This document shows, one piece after another, positions 11,778 through 24,833 of a stretch of 64,000 nucleotides of DNA (position 1 is its first letter; each line of letters starts with the position of its first letter). The position numbers and the translations under genes were made by a program. Origin of the DNA: Macrostomum lignano (lineage: Eukaryota). The stretch is taken from the NCBI GenBank assembly GCA_002269645.1, contig NIVC01003791.1, forward strand, positions 12,594 to 76,593. The letters run 5' to 3'. The notes under the pieces are model-generated. The model saw only the letters and a program-made list of their open reading frames with translations, did not search any database and was not told where the DNA came from.

Positions 11778-14700
11778 ATTAATATATGCCAAGTTTAATA
11801 CTAGAAAAAAATGATATAACCTCATTTGTATGCCGGGTTTATGTGCCAATACAAAAAAATTGTAATTTGACACAATATATCTCTTGTTTCATATATGCCA
11901 GAATACATCCTGATGTAGCCTATGCTAAAAAATGATAAGACCCTTGTTGTATACCAGGAAATCCCGGCATACATCTGGCCTAAACTATGGCCATTGTCCA
12001 GATCATGGCAGGCATATGCCAGAATGAAAATTCATGTTTTTTCAATTTTATGCCAATGTAGTATTTAAAAAAAATTTATGCTGAGCTCAAAAATGTTTTT
12101 ATGTCAATTTTTTAAGAATATATATTTTGAGAAAAATGTTTTACTAAACTTTAACATGGCTATTTTTTGCTAAGAACTAATATTCTTTTTTTTATTTTGT
12201 TTTTTCCTATAGATTGCGTTAATATTTTTTGTTCTAGTTTCCGATTATTTTTAAAGGAGCTTTTGTTGGTTGATATTTAATTACATGATTATATTAGCCT
12301 TGAACTTGGCTATTTTTGTATGCCAACTATGTACAATTCATGTTGAACCTGAAAATTCTATATGCCAAATGTATACAAGATTGTCAGCGAGAGCAAAAAT
12401 ATGCTGGAATTTTCCTGTGTAAAGGCCCTTTTTGGCCTATGGAACTATGGCACATAAGTAACAACTCTTTTTTTCTTTTGCATAGGAGTGTCCAAGCCAC
12501 TTATTCCAATAGGGCTATGTAGGCATGGTCCTTTCAAGTACCTCTATATGGCATCTAAAGGTTTTGGTGATTCTATCCTAATAGGGGTTATGGAAAATAT
12601 ATTTTAATAAGTACCTTTAATACTTTGTATCCCCATTCAATATTTTCTAGATCTACATCTAATATATAATAAATAACATGGTCTTAAGCAATCATTTTCT
12701 ATGTGTATAGTATAAATAAAGAGTTTGCAAAGATTTTTTGGTTGGAAGCTATTGTATTTTCTATTGTCTATCTATTTATATTATAAGCCTATGAATATAT
12801 GACTAATATAATTAAGATAATTTAAGATAGTGATCTAATTTTTAATATACAATGTGCAAAGCCTATACTTAGTACTATAGGTCTTAGCTAAGGGTCTGAT
12901 AATATCAAATTTTTGAGATTTTCAAGACTTAAGATCTATACTTTCTAAATAACAAGTTCTATCCAGATTCAACATAAACCCAGTTTGTATCTAGTAGGCT
13001 TATTTATATTATTCTATCTATCAATGTTAATATTATTATTCATTAAATACATACAATGTAGCCAGGCATAGCCAGGGGGACACTAGGGACATGTCCCCAT
13101 TGGAGTGGGAAGATTTTTTACTGCCTTTGTATTTTGCTTCTATTGCTAACATTGGAAATGGATTGATGTCTTGTTGCAATCAACCAATGGCTCATAGATA
13201 ACATGCTCTGCAAGGCTATAGACACTCTCACTGATTGTCTGTCTTTTGCTCAACTCCACAAAAAGCACTTGAGGATATTTGCTTAGCCTGATTGTAAGCC
13301 CAGTGAAACATGAACTATCTTTAAATCTATGTATATAACCCATTCGTGACCACAGTAGGCTATTTTAGCAGAACATCTTGATGGAATTATTGTTCCTTCA
13401 GTGTCATCAAATGGGCCTTCGGTGTTAACAAATGGTCCAGAGGTTTTGATAGATAAAAATTGCTGTTGTGTACATGTAGGTATAGCAGATTCAATGTGGA
13501 AAGCTGCCAGTCCAGTGTTATGCTTCTGTATTAATCTCATTTAATAGCCCAGGCATATGTATATAATGCACAAGGTTCTTCTCAGATTGCACAAAATAAT
13601 TCATAACTGCATCCTGCCTAATGCAAAATGGTGTTACTCAAGCAGGCCCTTTAAAAAAAAGATGCTTTGAGTTCAGCCTAGAAGGAAACAGCTCACTAGC
13701 TTTCTTGAGTAAATACAAGTCATGGACCAAGTTGTTCAATTCACTTTGAAAGAAAAACTAAGGTGCAGTGCTCTTGTTAGTAGGCAAATAGATGTTATCA
13801 CTAGCTCCTTTATCACCCAAGTTTATCTTCATTGTTACTGATTTCTTTCAGCCTAACATAAACTGGCACTAGAATTTCTTCACAGTTAGGGACTGGTCAA
13901 TGCATTGATTGCATACATGAGTATATAGATCAGGATACATAAGTATATAGGCTAATAATTGTTTCAATTAATGCCAAGTCTAAACTTTACCACAATCTAA
14001 ATATACTAAATGCAATATTAAAAAAATTCTAAAATGTATGAGCTGAGATATTTTATTATTCCATGCTTCCATATTGCATGTTATGCTTTTAGGTCATTTT
14101 TGTCTACCAAAAGAGGAAGTAGCCATCCCTTGGTCATACTCAAACTAATATTCCATATAAAAATATTCCCTTTAGTAGTTCTCTCATGGATAAGTATCTA
14201 GCAAAATTTATTTGCTCTAAAAAGCAAAACTTTTGTATAATAATTTTTTTAATTGCAATTTTATGATAAAAGGAATATGCAAATCTATTTTTTCTATTTA
14301 TTTATCTTATCTACCTTTCCTACGTACTAAATGTTTGGATTTAAGAATGGATAAAAGTCTTTTTTTAAACTTCCTTTTTTATTCCTTAATAATACTAATA
14401 GAACACTCTTATTTAGGGTTTAAAATATGTTACAACTAATTTATAGGTATTTTTCTTGGAGACTATATATATATACCAAATGAATGCTTCACAAGGTCAG
14501 TGCCAGTGTAAGAAATAGGTGTTTGCTTTTAGGATACTACTAGTGGCACTTTTGTAAGCAGATTGCTAGGCTACTAAAAGACCTTTTTGTTAGTAGTTGC
14601 TATTTCAAAAAACCTTCTTAAATTAAATTCAAAACTTTAAGGAAAGAATATTTTACTGTTAAATATTTTAAGTTAATTTTTATGTTTAATAGTATTTTGT

Positions 14701-17700
14701 CAAATAGGTAGGCATTATTGACATATTTTTGATATATTAGTATACAAATAAATTTATAGGTCATTTAATTTTTTAATGTTTGCTGTTGTTGCTACTGCTA
14801 TTGCAGTTGCCAATAGCAGTTATGTGATTTAGGATTACTCTTAGATTTAATATTTAAAAGCTAAATTTATTTTGAACTTCTGTTTTTGTATTTTTTGATT
14901 AATTTCCCTGTCTGTGTGTGTGCTAAAACTTTATTTATCTATTTCCAGAAGTGTGGTTGATTCAAATTTGGGTTTTTAGTGCTGTTTACCCTGCTACTGG
15001 GCACACTCTGTGTGCTTGTTCTCCTTTAGACTTGGCATTGCTATACTAATACAAGTGTACTATTATCTCTAATATTAAGATTAGAGATAATATTATTAAG
15101 TTATTATTAGATTGGATTAATGCTCAGCATGCACACCGTGGTTCAAATTAAATAGAATATATTCTAAAATTCGTCATGTGTGTTTTTACCTTCATTTTGG
15201 CACCCAGCCATTTTTAAGCTTTTCAATTTTTAAGACTGCATTTTTTCACCCTTTTCATCAAATATTAGCCAACTGCAACTGCTCCCCATCTATCTTAGCA
15301 GGTGGCCATAGTTGGCATTTTCCAATGCCATTAGCAACACTTCAAGGTTTGTGCACGATTGCTACGCTCTGTGCAGCACTTTTGTGTTTTTATCTGGCTG
15401 TAGCGTCACTGGAATATTGTCCTGACCCTCTAGGCTATGCCTACGTTATCCATATCTGGCTAATGTGCGGTACAGGACGCAGCAACTGGCAACTTTGCTG
15501 GCTAGGGAAATTGGGGAGGGGGGGGGGCAGAATTTTGCGTTGCTAATCCCGGCGAGCCCAGCTTCTTCTTTTACTTTAGATGCGCAGCTTTTCGCCCCAT
15601 CTCGTCTCCAGTCAGTCCAGCCTGTTCGTCTCCCCACTCTGCAGTTAGTCTCTCTGTTGCTCTCCAGCCTCCCCGATTCCCACACCCGGCCGGGAGCAGC
15701 GGGTGGATGAACGCACGGGTAGGGCACAATTTTGGAAATGTGACTAAGCTGCACCCAGGCCTCTGGGGGGGGGGTTGCGCTGGTGCACGGTCGGTGAAGA
15801 GAAAAAGCCGACAAAACGAAAGGAAAAGAACTCCCGCTCCGTGTTTGCATTGCCTTGCGCGCTGCTGCCCTTAAGCTTAACTTTCCAGTCTGTCTGTCCG
15901 TCTGCGTGCGTGCGCGTATTAGACCACATTTCTGGCCTAAACCTTGGTCGTCTTAATCTTTCACTTATTCACTATTAGGGAATGGAGATACGCGGTTTAG
16001 CCTTCTTTGATTATCGCCCTAATAATGTCCATCCTGACAATGAGAAACAAGGCTATGCTTTATGCGCTACGGGTTTACAGCTAGTTTCCTTGTGGTCAAT
16101 AAAATGCACTTTTTAGTAATGTGTCATGTATCAATATTATATAGATATTTCCCATTCCCTGCTGTAGTCTTTTTTCTCTAATGCCGGACTCTCTCGCCTT
16201 GAGTTTGCGTGTGTGTTTGCTTGCTTTCCTTAGCTCTTTCCTTAGTCTTTACTGTGCTTGCTGCGGTGTTGCTTTTTATGAGCAGCGGCTTGCCCGGCGC
16301 ACTTTTATTGTGCCTTGTCTTTGGCGGCGACTCTTGCCAATACTGTGCAGGCGATACTCGGTTTAAATAATTGATCAGTTTGCTGGCTGGGCCTACTAAA
16401 AGTCGGGTGGGAAATATGATGCACTTTTAACTATTATACTCGTACTAATCTAGAATGATGGCAAAGTGTCTTCCTTTGACCCGCGGTGACCTCAAAGCGA
16501 ATCACCAATTAATTGCTAGGCTAGATGCAAAAAGCACTATAATTTGCTCTCCTCCTCTCTCTCTTGTTTATTGCCTGGTCACGCAACGCGGCTGTTGTCT
16601 TTCTTGTCTTGTGTCTTAGTAAGTCTTAGCAACGGAGGAGATTATCGCCTTAGTTGTATTAAGCCTGTTGGAGATGCAACGCTTCGTACTGTACGAAGTG
16701 CGTTTAAGCCCCCCCCCCTTGCCCCATCCCCTACCGCGTTAAGGCTCGAGGATTTTCAGGCTTTGGCAGGAGGGGAATTCTGTCCTAGCGTTTTCCTGTC
16801 CTATTTGCAAGCATGCCAAAAATGGCCGGCCAAGGATAGAGAGGCCTGTCCAGCAAATTTGGCTTCTTCACTTTTTTGGCCGAAAAATTTGTGATTCTAC
16901 AGAATGCAAAGTTTAAACTTTAAAAACCCATTTGGAAATTTCTGCTGCTGGTGCTTATTGCCTTCTGCTGTCGCGTACTGTGCGTAGCTAGCTGGCTCTT
17001 GTGTGAATGCGATTACAAGTCTGAAGAGTCAAAAACTGAAAATCCATTCCCGCTGACTGTGAACTGACAGACAAAGAGAGAGACAGAGATGGGGAGAGCG
17101 ATTCATTCCTGCCTATCCGCTCAGCACCATCATTTCCGCCCCTCATGCGCTTGCATTTGGTATCGGAGGCATAGGGGTGGTCGCTGCCACTGCGTGCGTG
17201 CAAAATTCTAACATCAGGCTTATATATCAGAACCCATTGCCTTTATAGGCAGCAGAACGGACACGTCAGTCGACCCCAGCCGTGCTGCATCAGACACAGC
17301 GGGCAAACTGGGCTGGTTATTGCTGCACCGTAGGGGGGGGGGTAATTCTTCCTCTGGCCAGCTGCTAACATCGATCCGGTTTCCGAGAATTTATGAAATT
17401 GGGATTTGATTTTAGTAGTTAGCAAAAGGGATTTTCTATTCTTAGTAGTACTGCGTGGCCTGCAGGCCAGCCCTAGGCTAGTCAGACTTAGTAGTGGTTC
17501 GACGAGTTATTCATTGTGGTTATATTGGCTGACTGCACTATATACTGTATAATATATGGCCATATACTCGTCGATCGCTTGTCTGTCAATTATTTGACTT
17601 TAATCTAAGTAAAATGTGCAATTTCCAAAGCTTCGAAAAAGCAAAAAGATTGTTATGATTTCAAATAAAGACTTTACGGAAAATCTGACCTGTTACGTCT

Positions 17701-17869
17701 CATCTGCCGTAAATGTCCTCAAATTTGAACATTAAATTCCAATATTCTCCATACAATGTACATACTGTAACAAGACTTCGCAACTATATTCCTAGTATAA
17801 AGGTTTTACCCTCAATAGTCTACTAGCCTCTGTGTACATTTAGTGGTTTTGGAACAATAATACTGTATA

Positions 17870-18520
17870 GTGTCCGATAGTGTTTTTGAAGGAGCCGACA
17901 AGGCGTTAGTTTAATTTGTCCTTACATATCCCTTGATCAAGCACGGCTAGAGTGGCCTCGGCGAGTCGGCATTGAGCAATGAGCACATTCCTTTGGCACT
18001 TAACCGACGTCGCATCTCTCCAGTTCTGAGGACAGGAATAGCCTTGATAGCTTTTCTCTAATACCCCGAGCTGGAGTCAGTTCGCACTTATGGGAGAGTC
18101 CGTGCTTGGGCGGACATGGCGAGGGTTAAGGGCAGTCAATTGACCTTGGCAATGTTTGCAAATGGCCCCCAACCCCCAGAAGATCAGAGCAGACTTGAGT
18201 TGCTTGTTTGCTCTCGGCCACGTTGGGGTGCATCGTTAATGATGCCTGACTGAAAGTAGCCTCTGTACTCCCGATATCTTCCCGCATAGACTTGATCCCG
18301 AGTTGAATCAGGCCAATTCCCGCGCAGTGTGTTGAATAATAGTTTTGTTAAGTTCTTGACCCGATGACCCGAGACTGTGAGAGCAACTGCCGGGTTAAGT
18401 TACCCACTTTGTGTCCAAATAAGCCTTAGTTCATTCAATATCCTTTCTCCTTGGCTTAGCCAATCGCTTAGTCCAAGTGTTTCTGTTGTCACCCGGGTGG
18501 GAAACACGATTCTGAAACTT
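17870..18520 (-). pseudogene. Possible decayed retroelement ORF fragment
   Basis: Mixed-composition island with interrupted minus-strand frames including CKHCQGQLTALNPRHV (CxxC..H); stops and frameshifts present; family not recognised. Confidence 0.2.
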
Positions 18521-18964
18521 TCCTTTACTGGTTGACTTCAATTTCACTGTTTTTCTTTATATATTTTGACTCTGACTGGCTCTGTGCGCGTTTGGTTCAG
18601 TCAGTTATGTAACCGCCTCCAGGTAGATTGAAATGGAAGCAGATTTTTTTCTAATCTAATCTAACACTGGTATTTTATAAATCTGCATGCTTCAGAACAA
18701 TGCATGCTGTTAGTTAATCTTTTTGGCGAGAAAGCTTCGTTCTTTTCCATTAATTGCAGGGCTGTCTTACAGAAATACCGGTAAAACTTATCAAAGTTAA
18801 TCAAGTTTTTAGTTTAAGAATACTTTCGAGTTCGAATATCGGTGAATTTTTAGGTCAAATGAAACGTAAAATTAAAGGTGGCTCGTGACCATAGGGTATT
18901 AGTTTTATGATGATCCTAATGTAAGAGTATGAGCCTCATGATCCTTATATGATAACCCAACGAA

Positions 18965-19328
18965 CCTAAAGTGTGATGAGGTCAAAGACCCTAAAGTATG
19001 CTAAGGTCAATGACCCTAAAGTATGATGAGGTCAATGACCCTAAAATATGATGAGGTCAATGACCCTAGAGTATGATGGGGTCAATAATCCTAAATTGTG
19101 ATGAGGTCAATGACCCTAAAATATGATGTCAATGACCCTAAAGTATGATGAGGTCAATTACCCTAAATTATGATGAGGTCGTTGATCCTAAAGCATAATG
19201 AGGTCGTTGATCCTAAAGCATAATGAGGTCGTTGATCCTAAAGCATAATGAGGTCGTTGATCCTAAAGCATAATGAGGTCAATGACCCTAAATGATGATG
19301 ATGTTAATGACCCTAAAGTATAATGAGG
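18965..19328. repeat. 25-bp minisatellite (GATGAGGTCAATGACCCTAAAGTAT), about 14 copies
   Basis: Period 25 visible at 19026/19051; variant block GAGGTCGTTGATCCTAAAGCATAAT. Confidence 0.9.
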
Positions 19329-19550
19329 ATCAACCTTATTCCGAACACGTGTTTAGGATAAATTAAATGAGTCAAGTTCTATTATGCACCTGTGTATTTC
19401 ATATTTTAATGTCTGCTGCCATATTTAAGGCATGCGATAAGCTACAGTCGCTGCAAGTAAACAACAATTATTTAACTAACAAAAATCATATTCGGCCAGA
19501 CTGCGACTGAGCAAAGTTCGAGTATTGAGCTAATTGTATTAGCTGCAAAG

Positions 19551-19632
19551 ATGGCTTCAATGTGTCGCTGCTGGGTGTCGCTAGTAGCACTGATCGGATT
19601 AACCTGCCTGTCCTATTCTACAGCTCAATTTG
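19551..19632 (+). CDS. ihog: Ihog/CDON/BOC-family receptor, exon 1 (signal peptide)
   Basis: MASMCRCWVSLVALIGLTCLSYSTAQF; donor g|gtgagt, phase 1, matching the next exon. Confidence 0.75.
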
Positions 19633-19967
19633 GTGAGTCGGTGCTTTGCGCTTACCGATATTGGGGTTGGCAGTCTAGTTCATCTGGTTTCACCCGTTAA
19701 TTACTGCACTTACCTGACCTAGTGAATTTTGTGTCCATTCTGTGTGTTCTTTTCATTTATTTTTGCATTGCTGCTGTTTATAATTGTTTATTGTGACGGT
19801 GATTGACGGGCATGGTGATTGATACCCGCTGGTTTGATATCCTGTCAATCATATTTGATAACAATTAGATTAATTTTTTATCAGCACCAATAAGCTGATT
19901 ACTGATTTTGGGCGATTTTCTGTCTGTCTTATAATAGCTGCTGAAGGTCTTGAAGACATAAAAACCC

Positions 19968-20364
19968 TGCAGTTTGGGAATATGCAGTTTTGAGGATATG
20001 CAGTTTGGGATATGCAGTTTGGGAATATGCAGTTTGGGAATATGCAGTTTGGGGATATGCTGTTTGGGGATGTGCAGTTTGGGAATATGCAGTTTGGGAA
20101 TATGCAGTTTGGGAATATGCAGTTTTGAGGATATGCAGTTTGGGAATATGCAGTTTGGGGATATGCAGTTTGGGAATATGCAGTTTGGGAATATGCAGTT
20201 TGGGGATATGCAGTTTGGGAATATGCTGTTTGGGGATATGCTGTTTGGGGATATGCTGTTTGGGAATATGAAGTTTGGGAATATGCAGTTTGGGAATATG
20301 CAGTTTGAGGATATGCAGTTCTGGGATATGCTGTTTTGAGGATATGCATTTTGGAAATATGCAG
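19968..20364. repeat. 15-bp minisatellite GGGAATATGCAGTTT (receptor intron 1)
   Basis: Direct tandem units. Confidence 0.95.
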
Positions 20365-21225
20365 TAGTTGAGATTCGAGTTGTATGAATTTTTGGATTAT
20401 GAATTCAAAGTGAATTGGGAAATATGGGAAACCCTCTCCAGTACTTCTTCTCTTCCTTTTCGACTCTTTAATCCCTACAGTGCTAATGCTTATCTATCAG
20501 AGTAGTCATTAGAGATCAATCAAGGTATTGGGTGAGTATTAAAGATCCCCAACACATCGGAACTGTCCACGTCCCAGTTCACATCCCAATTCCATTCCTG
20601 GTCTCCTTTTGTGCCCAGTATTGCCATTAACTAATAGTTAGGCAAAATGCCCCAACTGTTATCGCATAGATCAGGGGGTGCATATAAGCATTTACTGGGG
20701 CTTGTCCCGCAGTTGTGCCTGCAGCCCTCGCTATCTCTCTCGCCTCTCCTTCGCCGCTTGCATGCTGCGCACAATCTGATTACTACTAACGTACTATGGC
20801 GTGGCGCAACAGGGTCAGCTTCACTGATCGAGCGTTCGCACCTGTGTGAAATCCGGTTTTTTACGATTTCACTAGCGTCTCTATCCTCTCTCTCCTCTGT
20901 CATCATCATAATGGGGCAGGGAGTTAATAGAAAAAACTGTTTCTCTCCTTATTAATCTTTTGAAGTCACAAAGATTTTTGCAATTAATGTAGCTAAACTA
21001 ATGTAGTATAGTGAAATCAGGCTGGCTAGCTCGATAATTAATTAGGCTGCCCAAATTAACGGATGAATAATTTGGTTAGTGAGCATTTATAACTGCTTTG
21101 CTACACTTTTGTTCTTTGTTTCAACTGCCTCTGTATGATAGTTGCGCTTGAGATTTTAGTCGGAATCTCGGCATGCTTAAAATCACCTTTTGGTAACAGT
21201 ATGAACACTGCCTTTTTAGAATCCA

Positions 21226-22230
21226 AAATCCCCTGAACCCCCTCCCCCCAAATTCCCTGAAACTCCCCTGACATTCCCTGAAACTCGACCCGAAATCCCC
21301 TGAAGCTCCACCCGACATTCCCTGAAGCTCCACCCGAAATCCCCTGAAGCTCCACCCGACATTCCCTGAAACTCTACCCGAAATCCACTGAAACTCGACC
21401 CGAAATCCACTGAAACTCGACCCGAAATCCCCTGAAACTCGACCCGAAATCCACTGAAACTCCACCCGAAATCCACTGAAACTCAACCCGAAATCCACTG
21501 AAACTCGACCCGAAATCCACTGAAACTCCACCCGAAATCCACTGAAACTCCACCCGAAATCCACTGAAACTCTACCCGAAATCCACTGAAACTCGACCCG
21601 AAATCCCCTGAAACGACTCGAAATCCACTGAAACTCCACCCGAAATCCACTGAAACTCAACCCGAAATTCACTGAAACTCGATCCGAAATCCACTGAAAC
21701 TCCACCCGAAATCCCCTGAAACTCGACCCGAAATCCCCTGAAACTCGACCCGAAATCCCCTGAAACTCGACCCGAAATCCCCTGAAACTCCACCAGAAAT
21801 CCCCTGAAGCTCCACCCGACATTCCCTGAAACTCTACCCGAAATCCACTGAAACTCGACCCGAAATCCACTGAAACTCGACCCGAAATCCGCTGAAACTC
21901 GACCCGAAATCCCATGAAACTCCACCTGAAATCCCCTGAAACTCCACCCGAAATCCACTGAAACTCCACCTGAAATCCACTGAAACTCTACCCGAAATCC
22001 ACTGAAACTCCACCCGAAATCCCCTGAAACTCCACCCGAAATCCCCTGAACCTCCACCCGAAATCCCCTGAAACTCCACCCGAAATCCACTGAAACTCCA
22101 CCCGAAATCCCCTGAAACTCCACCCGAAATCCCCTGAAACTCCACCCGAAATCCCCTGAACCTCCACCCGAAATCCCCTGAAACTCCACCCGAACTCTCC
22201 TGAAACTTCCCCAAACTCCCCTGAAATTCC
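21226..22230. repeat. 22-bp minisatellite CCCGAAATCCCCTGAAACTCCA (intron 1)
   Basis: Period 22 at 21421/21443. Confidence 0.95.
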
Positions 22231-22974
22231 ACTCTAAAATTATTATTTCTCAAGTGTGAAGAGGCCCAAAGTGTGCAGTTTTGCTAAATGATTTTTCACG
22301 TAAAATCCAAACAGTTCAAGAAAATTATAGGAAGCTGGAATACTAGCTGGTGTACTAAGCTGATGAAGCTGGTCGATTTTCTTCCCTCCTGGATTTTAGC
22401 GTACAAGACAAGCCGGATCGAAGGCTTATGCTTGGGGAAAAGCTTAGAAAAACCAGAGGTGAAATCGGCAGAATGCTCCTCCGGCTTAGTTTTTCTTCAT
22501 TGGAAGAAAAAGCCAGCTCAAAGTGATTGAGGTCTTCTGGTCAGGCGAGAAAGTTTATGGTGTGCAGTGCCTTAATTAAACTGCTGCCGGCGCAGGGTCT
22601 GGTTGCCGCTCCGTGCGTGGCTGCAGCTGTTACGTAATCATCCCCTCCATCCAGTTTTTTGTGGCGGAGAGACTGGGTCACCTGATTGTTTGCTCTTTCT
22701 CTCCACTTCTATCCTGGCCGCTGCTGGGCCTTCGGCTAGCCGTCTCTTTCGCCAAGAAGATACTTAAGATTGTAAAATAGTTAATTTAATTTCTCTTGTT
22801 GGTTAAGAAATTCTCTGCTGCATGTAGATATAGATATATATATATATGCCATGTATAATGTGCATATTGCATCTACACCTCTTAGCCTTCTTCGCGGTGT
22901 CTGCATATTATTATCATATTGATTATGTATTATTAGGCGATGCTATTACTCATGCTTGAAAGTGACGGAATGGC

Positions 22975-24027
22975 AGTGTGAGAGAGGGTGAGAATGAGGG
23001 TGGGACGGGAGTGAGAGTGTAGATGAGAGTGAGATGAGGGTGAGACGTTGAGTAAGAAAGAAAAAAAGAGAATGAAAGTGATGGAGAGAGTGAGAGTGAA
23101 AAAGAAATAGAGAATGAGAGTCAGGGTGAGAGGGAGAGTGAGAGAAAAAAGTGAGGGAAGAGTGAGAGAGAGAGTGGGAAAGGGTGAGAGGGAGAGTGAG
23201 AAAGAACGAGAATGAGAATGAGAGAGTGAGAAAAAAAGAGAGGGAGGGTGAGTGGGAGTGAGAGAGAGTTTTGAGTGTGTCTGGGTGTAAGAGAGTGAAA
23301 GTGCGAGAGAAAGAAGGTGAGCGTGAGAGAGAGAAGGTGAGCGTGAGAGAGAAGTGAGCGTGAGAGAGAGAGGTGAGCGTGAGAGAGAGAGGTGAGCGTG
23401 AGAGAGAGAGGTGAGCGTGAGTGAAGGTGAGCGTGAGTGAAGGTGAGCGTGAGAGAGAGAGGTGAGCGTGAGAGAGAGGTGAGCGTGAGAGAGAGAGAGG
23501 TGAGCGTGAGAGAGAGAGGTGAGCGTGAGAGAGAGAGGTGAGCGTGAGAGAGAGAGGTGAGCGTGAGAGAGAGAGAGAGGTGAGCGTGAGTGAAGGTGAG
23601 CGTGAGAGAGAGAGGTGAGCGTGAGAGAGAGAAGTGAGCGTGAGAGAGAGAAGGTGAGCGTGAGAGAGAGGTGAGCGTGAGAGAGAGAAGGTGAGCGTGA
23701 GAGAGAGAGGTGAGCGTGAGAGAGAGGTGAGCGTGAGAGAGAGGTGAGCGTGAGAGAGAGGTGAGCGTGAGAGAGACGAGAGAGAGGTGAGCGTGAGAGA
23801 GAGGTGAGCGTGAGAGAGAGGTGAGCGTGAGAGAGAGGTGAGCGTGAGAGAGAGGTGAGCGTGAGAGAGAGGTGAGCGTGAGAGAGAGGTGAGCGTGAGA
23901 GAGAGGTGAGCGTGAGAGAGAGAAGGTGAGCGTGAGAGAGGTGAGCGCGAGAGAGAGAAGGTGAGCGTGAGAGAAGTGAGCGTGAGAGAGAGAAGGTGAG
24001 CGTGAGAGAAGTGAGCGTGAGAGAGAG
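22975..24027. repeat. GA-rich tract grading into an ~19-21 bp array GAGGTGAGCGTGAGAGAGA (intron 1)
   Basis: Ordered units from about 23315. Confidence 0.95.
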
Positions 24028-24833
24028 GAAACACAGAGTTGCACAAAGATCAGGCCGCTTGTCAGTTCCATTTCCAGCGCGTCAATTGCAGCCCCTATTT
24101 AGTTGAAGTTTCAGCGAATGCATCAAACTCCACTTCTACCATAGCGGCTTTATCAAGTAAGCGCCAAGTGAAGCGCGCATTGAGTTCAGTTCATATGCTA
24201 AGGCGATGTAGACACAGAACCAGGGTAGGGGATTTGGTTTGTCAAGATCTGCTTGGCCAACAGCAATATTGAATTTCCTATTCTCTCTCTCTCCCTCTCT
24301 TATCGTCTGTCACTACAAGACTTTTCAGCTCGGATCGGCGATTTCCCAATAGCCCCCTCGCCCCGCATCCCTTCTTCATCGTACAACTTCTCTCCTAACC
24401 ACTCTACTTTCTCAAGGGGATTTTTAGTGTGGTATATATGTAGAAGTATAGTAATATAGAGCATCTTTAATCCATTCTATTCACACCGCCTGGATATTTT
24501 GCGCCTTGACGCCTTATAATTATTAAAGGCACGCCCGCATGCTACACTGCGTGCGTGTCTGGCTGTGCCTGATGTTTTCCGCCTTGCCGCCTCTCCCCCT
24601 CCACCACTCTCCTTCGTCCCCTATGCGTCATCGACCGGTTCGCGGTGTCGGCTATGGCTACTGAGTTTCCCGGGGGGGGGGGCAAGCCTGGTACAATCTG
24701 TCTACCAACTTCTTTTTTTAAAAATGGTATTTTTACCGCTTGAATTGGTCAGTTAATTTTTGCTTCGGTTTTTTTTCTCTAATGGTTTACATAATCTTGA
24801 CACCAATTTGTCTGCTTTTTGACAGTTTTTAAA

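Noticed and set aside
11780-12560. Scattered TATGCC/GGCATA motifs as a second transposon
   Set aside because: No definable termini or TSD were found.
15178-17425. Short ORFs in the GC-rich region upstream of the receptor
   Set aside because: No recognisable domains or consistent splice chain; the region may contain the promoter or 5' UTR exons, which cannot be placed from sequence alone.
18965-19328. C/D snoRNA array (ATGATGA C-box-like motif in each unit)
   Set aside because: There are no CTGA D boxes or terminal stems; the units are simple tandem repeats.
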